DNA of 64,000 nt from the human T2T-CHM13v2.0 reference genome, Homo sapiens. A program made the position numbers and the translations under genes. A model generated the notes under the pieces. The model made no database searches. It was not told the DNA's origin and was given only the letters and a program-made list of their open reading frames with translations. Positions 51,789-64,000 of the stretch are shown here, one piece after another (positions within the stretch are counted from its first letter, which is position 1; each line of letters begins with the position of its first letter). The stretch lies in NCBI RefSeq assembly GCF_009914755.1, contig NC_060936.1; one strand, written 5' to 3'.

Positions 51789-54251
51789 ACCTATCTAGTG
51801 CTGTCAGTGGAGTATTGAAGTCCCTCACTATTAGTGTGTTGCTATCTATCTCATTTCTTAGGTCTAGTAGTAATTGTTCTATAAATTTGGGTGCTCCAGT
51901 GTTAGGTGCATATATATTTAGAATTGTGATATTTTCCTGTTGGACAAGGTCTTTTATCATTATATAATGTCCCTTTTTGTCATTTCTAACTGCTATTGCT
52001 TTAAAGTTTGTTTTGTCTGATATAAGAATAGCTACTTCTGCTGGCTTTGGGTGTTCGCATGGAATGTCTTTTTCCACCCCTTTACATTAAGTTTATGTGC
52101 ATCCTTTATGTGTTACTTAAGTCTCTTGAAGGCAGCAGATACTTGGTTGGTGAATTATTATCTATTCTGCAATTCTGTGTCTTCTTAGTGGAGCATTTAG
52201 GCCATTTACATTCAAGATTAGTATTGAGGTGTTAGGTACTATTCCATTCATAATGGAATTTGTTGACAGTATAAAGTGTTTTTTTTTTTGACTGTATTTT
52301 TATTTTATAAGTTCTGTGAGATTTTTGCTTTACAGAGGCTCTATTTTGTTGTGTTTTCAGGATTTGTTTGAAGATTTAGAGCCCCCTTTAGCAATTCTTG
52401 TAGTGCTGGCTTGGTAGTGGCAAATTCTCTCAGCATTTATTTGTGTGAAAAAGGCTGTTATCTTTTCTTTGCTTATGAAGCTTAGTTTCACTGGATACAA
52501 AATTCTTGGCTGATAATTGTTTTGTTTAAGGAGGCTGAAGATAGGGCCTCAATCCCTTCTAGTTTATAGGTTTCTGCCAAGAATTCTGCTGTTAATCTAA
52601 TAGATCTGTCTTTATAGGTTACCCTGTCCTTTTGTCTAACAGCTCTTAAGATTCTTTTCTTCATCTTGATTTTAGATAACCTGATGACAGTATGCCTAGG
52701 TGATGATCTTTTTGCAGTGAATTTCCCAGGTGTTCTTCAAGCTTCTTGTATTTGGATGCCTAAGTCTCCAGCAAGGATGGGGAAGTTTTCCTTGATTATT
52801 CCCCCAAATACGTTTTCCAAACTTTTAGATTTCTCTTCTTATTTAGGAATGCCAATTATTCTCAGGTTTGGTTGCTTAGCATAATCCCATACTTCTTGTT
52901 GGCTTTGTTCTTTTTTTAATTCTTTTTTCTTTGTTTTTGTTGGATTGGGTTAATTCAAAAACCTTGCCTTTGAGCTCTGAAGTTCTTTTTTCTGCTTGTT
53001 TTATTCTATTGTTGAGAGTTTCTAGAACATTTTGCATTTATCTAAGTGTGTCCTTCATTTCCTGAAGTTGTGATTGTTTTTTATTCATGCCATCTATTTC
53101 ACTGAAGATTTCTTCCCTCATTTCTTGTATCATTTTTTAATTTCCTTAAATTGGATTTTATTTTTCCCTGGTTCCTCCTTGATTAGCTTAATAACTGATT
53201 TTCTGAATTGCTTTTCATATAAATCTATAGTAAGCATTACCATTGAGTAGAGTGATTCCTGTTCATTTGTTTTTCAAGATTGTTTTAGATATTCTGGAAC
53301 TTGGGCCTTTCCGTAAAAATTTTAGAATAAGATTGTCTATGGTCTATGTCTACAAAAAACCTCTCTGACATTTGGATAGAAATTGATCAATTAGAAAAAA
53401 ATGAAAACTATAATGTTAAGCCTTTCAATTCATGGACACCATGTATCTTTCTATTTATTTAAATCTTTTGATTTTTTTAAATTTTGTAATATTAATTTAC
53501 AAATCTTAAACATGTCTTGCTAAGATTATAACTAAGTATCTCATTTTCTCTGGAGCAATTTTAAATGATGTAATTTTAAATTTAATTTTCTAGAGTATGA
53601 AAATTTGATTTATTTGTGTTCACCTTTTATTCTGTGATCATACTGAACTCACTTATTAGTTCAGAGAGGTTACTAAACATTTTTTTGAATTGTCTATGTT
53701 TGTCATCATGTCAGTGAAGATAAGGGTGATTATATTTCTTTCCAATCAGTATACCTCCTTCCTTCCTTCCTTCCTTCCTTCCTTCCTCCTTCCTTCTTTT
53801 TTTTACTTTTTACAGTATCTAAAACTTTCAGTACTATGTCATATAAGAGTGACAAGGGCATACACACTTGCCATAGGATGGATCTTAAAAAACAGTGTTT
53901 TATTTTTCAGTGTTAACTATGATATTAGCTATATTTTATTTAAGATGACCTTTAGCAAATTGATATAGATCTCTTTTATTACTAACATACTGAGATTTTT
54001 AATCATAAATTGGTATTATATTGTGTCAAATGCTTTTTTTGTGCCATTTGATATGATTATGTAATTTTCCTTCTTTAGCTTGTTCATGTAGTGGATTACA
54101 TCAAATGATTTTGGAATTTTGTACCAGCCTTGCATACTTAGAGTCACACTTGGTCATGATGCATATTTCTTTTTTACATTGTTGGGTTGATTTGCTAATT
54201 TTTTGTTGAGAATTATGGCAACTGAATTTGCAAGAGATATTGGCTTATAGT

Positions 54252-54670
54252 TGTCTTAATCTCCTAGGACTGCCATAACAAATTACCCTAAACTGGGTGA
54301 CATAAAATAGCAGAAATTTATTCTTTCACAGTTCTGGAGACAAGAAGTTCAAAATCAAGGTGTTGATAGGGACATGCTCCCTCTAATAGCTCTAGGGGAA
54401 TTCTGTGAACTAAATCATGTGCCCTGAACATTCACATGTTGGAGTCCTAATCCCAATTTTATGGTGTTTTGAGATGATCCCTTTGGGACATAATTAACTT
54501 TAGATGAGATCATAAGGGTGGGGGCCCCCTGCTAATTTTTTTTTTATTTTAGTCCAGGAGGACCCATTCCAGATTTCTGAATTCCAAAATTGTAAAATAA
54601 TACATTTATGTTGTTTTAATCCACAATATTTGTGGCAATTTGTTACAGTAGCAATAAAAAATTAATACAG
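54252..54670. mobile_element. Cluster of MLT1 LTR fragments in both orientations
   Basis: 54252-54402 antisense LTR end; 54405-54530 sense LTR start; 54555-54669 sense LTR end (...aaattaataca). Confidence 0.75.
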
Positions 54671-56595
54671 TAACTTAAGAATTTGAGGAAGAGGATATTT
54701 ATATTACAGTGTTCATCTTTCTTTCCTAAAGTTCCAGACCTTCTTTTCTTATTTTTTTTTTTCTGTTTGGAGAGTTCTCTTTAGCCATTTCTTATGGGTA
54801 CATCTACTGGTGACAAAGTTTTAGTTTTCCTACATCTCAGAATGTCTTTATTTCATTTTCATATCTAAAGTTTAGTTTCACCATATATAAAATTGGCAGT
54901 TTACGGTTCGGTTTTTACAGCATTTGAAAAATGTGTCATTTCCTTCTGGTCTACATATTTTGAGATTAAAAAATAGGCTGTCATTCAAATGGATGTTCAC
55001 TTACAGATAATCTCTGGCTGCTTTTAAATTTTTTTTCTTAAGTTTTCAGAAATTTAATTATGATATATCTTGGCATATATTTTTTAGGCTTATCCTATTT
55101 AGGATTCATTCACCTTATTCAATTTGTAGTTTTATGTCTTTTGTCAAATTTTTGAAAATTTTAGCCATTATGTCTTGTAATACTTTTTCAACTCATATAA
55201 CTCTTTCTCCTCCCTTTCTGATATTCCAATAATAGGACCTTTAGATATTTTTTATCATCCCCCAGATGCCTGAGGCATTGTTCTTTTTTTTTCTACTTTT
55301 ATTTTGTTTGTTGTTCAGATAAAGCAATTTTTTTCTTTTATTATCAGATTCACTAATTTTATTTTCTGTCTCCACTATAGTATTGGTCCCATCTAATGGC
55401 TATTTAGAATTCTGTAATTTCCATTCAATTCTTTTAAATAATTTTTATATCTTTGCTAACATTTTCAATTTTTTCATTTATTTCAAGAATATTTGTAATT
55501 ACTTGTTGAAGGAATTGTATGATGGCTGCCCTAGAAGAGTTTTTAAATAGTTCCAACATCTGATTCAGCTTGCTATTGGCATCAGTTGGCTGTTTTTTCT
55601 CATATAAGGCATGACTTTTCTGGGACTTGCTATGATATGTGTCTTTCTATTAAATTTGGAGCATTTCAAATGTTATATTAGAAGAGTGTTAATTATATTT
55701 AAATATTATATTTTAGCAGGTACTTGCTCTGTTTAGGTTTAAGTTGTAGGTTCTGACTTTTGTGATCTGTATTTCTAATGATGACTTCATTTTCTGAGCA
55801 CTTGCAGTGCTAGTCTGGCTTGCTTTTTCCTGGCTCTGTTTGAGCTCCTTCTGGATTCCTAATGATGCTTCTTTCAGTAATGGAAGTCACTTCATTTGAT
55901 GTTCTGGTCACTTGATATAGGATGGGTTTTGACAGGCCTGTAGAAGGGACAGCATTTCCCTGGGTTTGTTTTGAGGTCACCTGGTCCTGGTGGGCTCTCA
56001 ACTATGTCACTATTGTACCGCCAGTGGACAGAAGCATCTACCTGGGCTAATTTATGTCTGTGTGTGGAAGGCCAGGAGATGAGGAATATAAATGATTCTC
56101 TGCCATTTTATGAAAGGTCAGGAGACCTCAAATCTAAATCATCCTTATGTCATTGTGTGGACGGCTATGAAATACTTGGCCTGGGTTTTCTTTTGCCACT
56201 CCTGGAAAGCCAGGAGCCACTGGGACCACACAACTTTCTGTTGTTGGATGAAAGATTTAAAAATGCCTTTCCTGGAACATATTTTGTCATTCATTGAAGG
56301 GCCAGAAGACACTGCATGGTTGACACTTCTAGTGTGAGTAAAGAGGCTGCTGCTTTCAGTGGAGATAGAGCATAGGATAGTGGGCCTGTCCCAATTCTGC
56401 TGTTGCCTCTGCTGCTGGCAGGTCAGGCCCACTGCTCTCAGCAGGCGTGGGATGTAACATGGTCTGCTGGTACTGCTGCTATAGCCAGATCACATCTACT
56501 TCTGCTACTAGGCAAGGGTCATTTTACTACATTCCTGGCAAACTTTCTGTCTCCCAGTCCTCTGGCAAAAACAAAACAAACAAAATGAAAAACGT

Positions 56596-57210
56596 TTTTC
56601 TTCTTCTCCTGTCTTCTTCTCCTTCTCCTTCTCCTTCTCCTTCTCCACCTTCTCCTTCTCCTTCTCCTTCTCCTTCTCCTTCTTCTTCTTCTTCTTCCTT
56701 CTTTCTTCTTCGTTCTCTTTTCTTCTTCCTCCTTCTTCCTTCTTCTTCCTTCTTCTTCTCTTCTTCTCTTCTTCTTTCTTCTTCTTTCTTCTTCTTTCTT
56801 CTTCTTCTCCTTCTCCTCCTCCTTCTTCTTCTTTCTTCTTTCTCCTTTCTTCTTTATCTTCTTCTTTCTTCTTTCTCTTTTTCTTCTTTCTCTTCTTTCT
56901 TCTTTCTCTTCTTCTTTCTTTCTCTTCTTCCTCTTCTTCTTCTCCTTCTCCTCCTCCTCCTTCTTTCTTTTTTCTCCTTTCTTCTTTCTCTTTTTCTTTC
57001 TTCTTTCTCTTCTTCTTCTTTCTCTTCTTCTTTCTCTTCTTCTTCTTTCTCTTCTTCTTTCTTCTTTCTCTTCTTCTTTCTTCTTTCTCTTCTTCTTTCT
57101 TCTTTCTCTTCTTCTTTCTTCGTTCTCTTCTTCTCCTTCTCCTTCTTGTTCTTCTCCTTCCTCTTCCTCCTCCTCTTTCTCCTCCTCCTCTTCTTTTTCT
57201 TTCTTCTTCT
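56596..57210. repeat. ~615-bp polypyrimidine/polypurine tract, (CTT)n/(TCTCCT)n mosaic
   Basis: Almost exclusively C/T on the plus strand. Confidence 0.97.
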
Positions 57211-57535
57211 GTCTATGCCTATTGGCACTTCTAAGTTGCAGAGTTTGGAAAAGCTCAATCTGGTATATGTGGGAAATTTAAAAAATTCCAGGAAAATTTA
57301 TTTCAGTGTCATGATTTAAGTCCTCAAAGACCAGTCAGCTCACACTTTTTTCACCTTTCACAGTCCTAGATAATATCTGTCGAGTTATTTCTAGGGTATT
57401 TTCTGTATTCAGAAGCATAAGGAAAAGAGAACCTATGTCATCTTATATCAGAACAAAAAAAACCTGAATATTCATTTTATATTTAATATTTTATATTTCA
57501 TCATATATATACACACACACATACTCTATCTTATA

Positions 57536-57926
57536 TGTGATGGTTTGAATATGTTCCTCAAAGTCTATGTGTTGGAAACTTAATCCTCGATGCAGTAGTG
57601 TTGAGAGGTGAGATCTTTAAAGGGTGATTACATCATGAAACCTCTGCCCTGATGAGTGGTTTAACACCATTATCATAGGCGTGAGTTATCTCAAGAGTGG
57701 GTCCTGATAGAAGAATAAGTTTGAACTGTTTCCATTCTCTCTCTCATGGATGTGCCTTTGCCCTTCTGCCTTTCCACTATGGATGACTCAACAAGAGGCC
57801 CCTTGACAGCTGCTGGCACCTTGATATTGGACTTCTTGGCCTCTGGATCTGTGAGAAATTTTATTTTCTTTATAAATAATCCAGTTTGGGGTAGTCTGTG
57901 AAAGAAACAGAAAACAGGCTAAGACA
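57536..57926 (+). mobile_element. MSTC/MSTD-type MaLR LTR
   Basis: tgtgatggtttgaat...gttggaaacttaatcc...aaacaggctaagaca. Confidence 0.85.
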
Positions 57927-58313
57927 CTACTGCATATATTTAATATTAATATTGTAATTTAAATAATCACAAATATGTGTTTTTGATACAGTATTCTGCA
58001 TAATGTTGAAAGAACACTAAATATGTCCCATATTTTAAGTAAATTTAGTTAAATAATAACAAAAAAGGAAGATTCTTAACACTTGCAGTTTGCCCGTAAG
58101 AAAATTGAGAAACATATACTAAGCTACTTTCCCAAGTTTATATGATGGCTAGTTCATATAGCTGGATAAACTTAGACCAACACATAGTCTATCCAGTACA
58201 TTGTTTAACCTATTGTTTCAATATTTTGGAAACAAGAATATGCTGAAATTTCCTAGAATTAATAAAATCTATTCCAGTTTTTTATTTCTTAATCAAACTT
58301 AGTAGTTGAGTTT

Positions 58314-58821
58314 TGCCAAGACCAGCTCGGTCATGGAGACTAAACCAGTGTCGCTAGAGGAATTAAAGACACACACACAGAAATATAGAGTATCGAGTGA
58401 GAAATCAGGAGACTCACAGCCTTCAGAGTTGAGAGCCCCAAACAGAGTTAGACCCACATATTTATTGACAGCAAGCCAGTGATAAGCATTATTTCTATAG
58501 ATTGTAGATTAACTAAAAGTATTCCTTATGGGAAACAAAGAGATGGGCCAAAACAAAGGGATGGGCTCTGGTTAGTTATTTGCAGCAGGAACATGTCCTT
58601 AAGGCACAGATCGCTCATGCTATTGTTTGTGGTTTAGGAACACTTTTAAGAGGTTTTCTACCCTGGCTGGGCCGGGTGTTCCTTGCCCTCATTCCAGTAA
58701 ACCCACAACCTTCAGCGTGGGCATCATGGCCATCACGAACATGTCACAGTGCTGCAGAGATTTTGTTTATGGCCAGTTTTGGGGCCAGTTTATGGCCATA
58801 TTTGGGGGCCTGTTCCCAACA
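58314..58821 (-). mobile_element. Solo MER9 (HERV-K9/HML-3 LTR), 508 bp
   Basis: Reverse complement begins TGTTGGGAACAGGCCCCC...TGGCCATAAACTGGCCCCAAAACTGGCCATAAAC; perfect 6-bp TSD GAGTTT. Confidence 0.94.
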
Positions 58822-60419
58822 GAGTTTGTTGTTGTTGCTTGTTGGTTTATTTTCCAAAACCTGGGAAAAGAAAGTTCTAGGTCTAGCATCAGATGGTACT
58901 TGCTGGTCAAAACATTTTAAAAAATGTTTTGATTTCTTATTTAGAGATCTTAACACTATTTTTGAAGATAAAAATAGTGCCAGAAGTAGACCGATCCAAA
59001 TTTTTATGGATGTGCACCCTGGCCAGATTGATAGGATTGATGTCAACTCTAACTGTAAAGTAAATAATTTGTTCCAAGAATACAGATTGAAATTTTTTTA
59101 ATATTCCAAAATTTAAGGAAATGTGCTTAATTCAACAGAACTGTTATAAAAATAAGGACCTTTTAAAATTTTTGAAATACTAAGAAATAATTACAATTAT
59201 TTGTGAAAATTTCTACACTTCAGAATATTTATATGTTGAAAGAGAAATATTCTAGCTTTTGAGAAAGCTGCTGCTAACACATAGTAAATTATTTAGTTCC
59301 ATGCTAGACAGATTCTCAAAATATTAGTTCTCAGTGTCTTAAATCTGTGCCTATAATGAGGTCACAGGTGACTATACCAATGCTTGTGCAATCTTCATAT
59401 AGTTAGCTATCTCTAACTGCATATCTTTGTCATTCATTTGTACTGTTTCTCCCTCGGAGTTGACCTGATGTAGAGAGACATTATAATCCACCTCAGTAAG
59501 ACATTGAACAATCAGTGGCCAGAGGACATTAAAATTAGAGTCAAATGGAATATTTGCTGCTTTAGTTATAATTGCCTAATCAGTGAGGGATGTACTAGAA
59601 TAATTATCCTTTAATTCTCTAAGTTGGAAGTAAGAAGAGCCCATAGGATCCTCCCACAACCTTCTTTCTAACAGCCCCCACCTGCTAAAACCACATGAAA
59701 ACCAACTAAACCAAACCAATCCCAAATAACCCTAACAAGCAAAAATTTCAATATATAATTATAATCATATAATTTTGCTTAAATGTCATTAGTGATTCTG
59801 CATAGAATATTACAAATACCTCACAAATCTCAATCTGTCTGTGTTTCCCCACATTTATAAAGCATCACACATCCTGTTGGGTACAGAATATAGATTTTCT
59901 AGGGGGCATGTCAAAAGTTAAAGCAGCAGAAAAACATTTTTTAACAACTGACTTCACTTATCAAACTGCAGAACCTGAAAAAGGTCTCTGGCACCTGAAA
60001 TCATTTAATGTTTTTATGTCAGTGATAAAAATCACTTCAGGTGTTGCTGCAGCAACAACTTTGAAAGCAATAGAGTTCTGATGTTGAGAAGATCCATCAA
60101 AAATAAATCAAACCTTGTTTCACTGGTGCCAAAGGAAGTGTGTGTAATGGAAAGTTATTAAGACCAAATCCATGTGCAGGCTTTGGCCCCAGCACAGGGC
60201 CCTCTTGCCTGAGTATTCCCCAATCAATCACTGCCCTTCTCTTTGTTTCTTCTTGATATTGTCTGGAGACGTATGGGCTGTAGATTACAAAAGGTAAGTG
60301 CTTTAAGGCTCTGGGATCCTTTCCTAGAGTACCATTTTGCCATCACATTACATAAACACAAACACACAGAAAAAGACGAATGAGAGAGGGAAAGTTGCTG
60401 CAAATAGTTTCATAGAATC

Positions 60420-60660
60420 TATAAGCCAGGAATGTTTAACATCTACTAATTTACTAAAATATTTAATGTAAGTAATCTTATTTAATATTCACAAAATCCT
60501 AGGTATGACCCTGAAGAAATGTTTTCTTTATCTCAATTTGCATACTAAATATCAAAGCTCATAGAAGTTACGTGTTTTACAAAATGAACGAAACTAACCA
60601 ATGATGAAATTAGTTTAATATGCATTCTTCAATATCATCTTATGTATTCCTTCCATTAAA
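60420..60660 (-). mobile_element. MIR fragment
   Basis: ttatctcaatttgcatactaaatatcaaagctcatagaagttacgtgttt core. Confidence 0.5.
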
Positions 60661-61234
60661 CTTTTCTACCTTTAAAGCTAAGTTTAAAAAAAAAACTGTG
60701 CGTGTGTATTTCTAAAATAGAAATAATTTCTATATAAAAGTAATCTTCTTTTCTGAAAAGTGTTAACATTCATTTTTAAAAGTACAATATTATTTAAAAT
60801 TAAGCATACTCTGTAATAACTTTTGAAAACCATAAAAACAAAGTAAAAAAGAATATCTGCTGAGAAATATACAAAATTAAAATGGAGCTCAAGTTAACAT
60901 GATCGAATTGTCACTAAATTCTAATCATCATTGCTCACAATGTGACTATGTAGCTGATTGCTAATAGGACAAGTTCACTTTGGTTGCATATGCCTAAATC
61001 CATGTTTGACTGTGTGATACCTCAATTTCCACCTTTTGTCTCTCTTTGGAATACATGAAACCAGTATTTCTATGTTATGCTGTGGTGTGCCATCAGCGAG
61101 CCTTTGGTTTATGTTTGTGAATCTGCCTCTTTTCCTTTTGTATTGTCTCCTGATAAGTTATTCATCAACTACCGTCAATGTAGCTTTCTACGATCAACTT
61201 CCACCAGCTCTCCAGTTTAGAGTATCTTCTAGGT

Positions 61235-61415
61235 AGCGGTCCTAACTGCTGACTTTACATTCAAATAACCTAAAGAATTTTAAATAGCAATCATACTCAA
61301 GTCCCATCTTCAAAGATTCTTATTTACTTGGTCACAAGTGGGACCTGGGCATAAGTTTCTTTTAAATAGTTCCCTGAAAATTCTATTGTAAAGTCAGAAT
61401 TAAGAATAATTGTTC
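61235..61415. mobile_element. MER5A/B fragment
   Basis: agattcttatttacttggtc...gtgggacctgggcat...tagttccctgaaaattctatt. Confidence 0.55.
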
Positions 61416-62339
61416 TAGTTAATCAGGAAAAAATGTTTTTAAAATAAAATATGTCATAGAAAGTTTTAAATATCTATCTTTTCTCATGTTATTCGTTTTC
61501 TGACTTGTGCATATCCATTCTTAGAGGCCAACTTACATATCCTGAAATATTCAGGTCAAATAACCATACCCTGAGACACCTTTCTACAACAACGTAGACT
61601 GCATTGATTACTCTCTTTACTTTTCTCGTGGCACTTAAAACTAACCAAATAATAAAGCATATATTGTAATGTTTTAAGCCCTTCTGTATATATCTGTAAT
61701 CCAGTAAGCCTGTGACTATAAACTTGGGCCATGTAAGGGGCCATAATTCCAATAACATGTATTAGACATTTGCCAGGGATTTTTCTGAATGAATGAAAAA
61801 AGAAGAAAATTTAAAAAGTCATAAATCAATAAATATTTTAAAATATTACATATTTTAATCCAGTGTTGTTCTCAGGCTCTACCTGGGTGTACAGAGTCAT
61901 TTGCATCTACATTGAATTTACATTGATAAAGCAGTAGCTACTTTATCATTGCTTCTGTATATCCTTATTGTTCATTATCGCTTCTCATTAGATCAGCTTT
62001 ACACAGGCTCTGCCTATATTCTTTAGTATTTTATTTAGTACTGCATACAAGAGAACTAAATTTGTTAAACTAGCAAATAATTTTACTTTATCAAACTGAA
62101 GCTTTTTTGATATAAAAGTATTTGTCTTCAGTGGTATCTATTTTTACATATTACATATGTTTCACTAATTTGCATTTCTTTGCATTCTGTATCATTGAGG
62201 TGCCAAGAAGCCCAGACAGTAGATAAGAGTTTTTTCCTGTGTTACAGTCTTCTCAAATTACCCCTGCTACTAAAAGAGGAAAAGGGCCTTCATACAGAGT
62301 TCAGAGGCTAGTGCCCAGCCTTATGAAGAATACACAATA

Positions 62340-63062
62340 GCAAATTCTCTCAATGTCACCTCATCACTGAATTTTTAAAATCAATCTATTTAAAATAGCA
62401 CTCTCCTACCCTAGTACTCCCTAACCACATTTTCTGTTTTATTTTTTTCTGTAGTTCTCATTATCACCTATATTACTTGGCTAGGTCTACCTTAACTAAA
62501 TACTACCAATTGCGTGTCTCAAAGCAACAGAAATGTATTCTTTCACAGTTCTGGAGGCAAGAATTTTAAATCAAGGTGTCAGAAAGCCCATGCTTTCCCA
62601 CTCAAGAATCTGGAAAAGAATCCTTCCTCGCTTCTTCTGGCTTCTGGCGGCTCCATTCAATCCTTGGTGTTCTCTGGCCTGTAAGATGCACCACTCCAAA
62701 TCTCCCTCCATCTTCAGGTGCTCCTCTGTATGTCTTCTTCCTTACTCATAAGGACACATCCCATTGGACTTAGGTCCCCCCGCCAGTCCAGTATTACTTA
62801 TCTTTACTTGATTGCATCAGTCAAGTCCCTATTTCCAAATAAGGTCACATCCTGATGTTTTAGATGGACAAGAATTTGTGGGAGATAGTATTCAAACTAT
62901 TACACTACCTGATGTACAAAGTGTGTTGTGTATTTACTTACTTGCTGTCTTACCACACTAGAATACATTCATGAGGACAGGGACTTTATTTTTCTCCTTC
63001 ATTCATGATAATGTTCCTAGATCCTACAGTGGTATTCAGTAAATTATTGTTTTCAAATAAAA
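62340..63062 (+). mobile_element. L2a 3' region split by MLT1
   Basis: aatgtcacctcatc...tatttaaaatagc, resuming as ctagaatacattcatgaggacagggac...ttcagtaaattattg. Confidence 0.65.
62472..62905 (-). mobile_element. MLT1B/C LTR
   Basis: caacagaaatgtattctttcacagttctggagg...cataaggacac...ccctatttccaaataaggtcacat. Confidence 0.85.
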
Positions 63063-64000
63063 GAAAACATTGTAATCCTGTAGTCCAAGTATTATTTAGG
63101 AATGATATTCCTTTTGTGAATCAATATTATAAACCATAAATCAGAATTGATACCCATAGGACCAAGTATGTCAGTATAAGACTTTAAATTATCAGCATTT
63201 TTCCGATTACACTGTGTTATACAGATTGCCCATGCTCAGGAATGATTATCTTAGTTGCTAAATATGATTGTTTACAGAATCTTGACCTTAAATCTTATTA
63301 TATCAATATTTCCCTTGTTTGAGACACTCTTTCTCTTTTCTTTTTTTGTATTCTCAAAAATCTCTCATCTCTTATCATTTCCTAGGACCAGCCAGGGTCA
63401 GGACATTGATCTAAAGAATAAAAGAGAAGTTGAACTTTATCCATAAAATAGGCCAAGTAAATTTCTACACTTCTAAGTCACAGAGGACAATATTGAGACA
63501 CAGGTTATTGTCTCTCTTCTTATACTCCCAATTTGAAAAACTGATTCTAAGTATAGGAAAATTCTCTATTCTCATCTCTATGACTTTCATTTTAATCAAT
63601 GTGGTTACCAGCACAGTGGAGCATCTGGAGTAATACATGAATATTTCAAAAGGATAAATGAATAAAATAGACTTTTAAAACAAGGCAGTATTTAAAACCA
63701 TTTATTTAACAAAAGAGAAATGATTTTAAGGTCCATATAAAGTGGAATGGTTTCATACTTTTAATTTTTTCTTGTCCCACCACCAATTCAATTAGTTTAA
63801 CATCCAACTCACAATAATGTATAACATCAAATGAGAAAAATATCAAATTGGATATTGAAGCAGATTTACACTAAACATATTGCAAATATTGAACAATTCC
63901 TTCAAATAACCAACAGGAAACTTAATATTTAAAAATGTGGCATACAATATACATATTTAAATATATTATAGAATTATTAAGAAAAGTAGACTATGAAAAT

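Larger units (their letters stand above)
46540..53225 (-). mobile_element. L1PB1-like, 5'-truncated in ORF1, interrupted by LTR12
   Basis: ttttggggaacaggtggtatttgg 3'UTR; ORF2 fragments 47872-52077; ORF1 remnant to ~53225. Confidence 0.92.
53226..57460 (-). mobile_element. Old L1MC-type body (ORF2 remnant, ORF1, 5'UTR), probably the same element as 44765-45147
   Basis: Antisense ORF2 motifs 53230-54250; ORF1 motifs tctactggtgacaaa...cagaatgtctttatttc; 5' terminus-like ...cctatgtcatctt. Confidence 0.7.

Noticed and set aside
56447-57319. 290-aa plus ORF and 134-aa minus K/E/R-rich ORF
   Set aside because: Translations of the C/T-only tract, which cannot contain stop codons
58586-58748. p53-like GAACATGTCC / GAACATGTCA in MER9
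   Set aside because: Isolated half-sites ~150 bp apart, not a full response element
58580-59101. 173-aa ORF
   Set aside because: Starts at a non-ATG codon in antisense MER9 and runs into AT-rich flank; no recognisable domain

Overview
Human genomic DNA (a human-specific pre-Ta L1HS diagnostic is present): AT-rich, CpG-poor and dominated by transposable elements. I find no protein-coding exon, RNA gene or CpG island. Every long ORF in the track is a decayed LINE-1 ORF2 fragment, an Alu/LTR read-through or a simple-repeat artefact. The window holds several L1 copies (L1HS, L1PA, L1PB, L1MA, L1MC, HAL1-like), about 10 Alus, solo LTRs (LTR7/HERV-H, LTR12, MER9, THE1/MST/MLT, MER34-like, MER4-group), DNA transposon fossils (HSMAR2, Charlie1, MER20, MER5), MIR/L2 remnants and two large low-complexity tracts. 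I did not find a convincing new biological system. The best leads are: a pre-Ta L1HS nested in an older L1PA that gives an in-frame ORF2 chimera, a twin-primed inverted L1MA, intact solo LTR7 and LTR12 promoters, a deletion hidden in a nested TE stack, a ~615 bp polypyrimidine tract, and a strong minus-strand bias of L1s that hints at an intron of a plus-strand transcript. Subfamily names come from recalled consensus sequences and need RepeatMasker/Dfam confirmation.
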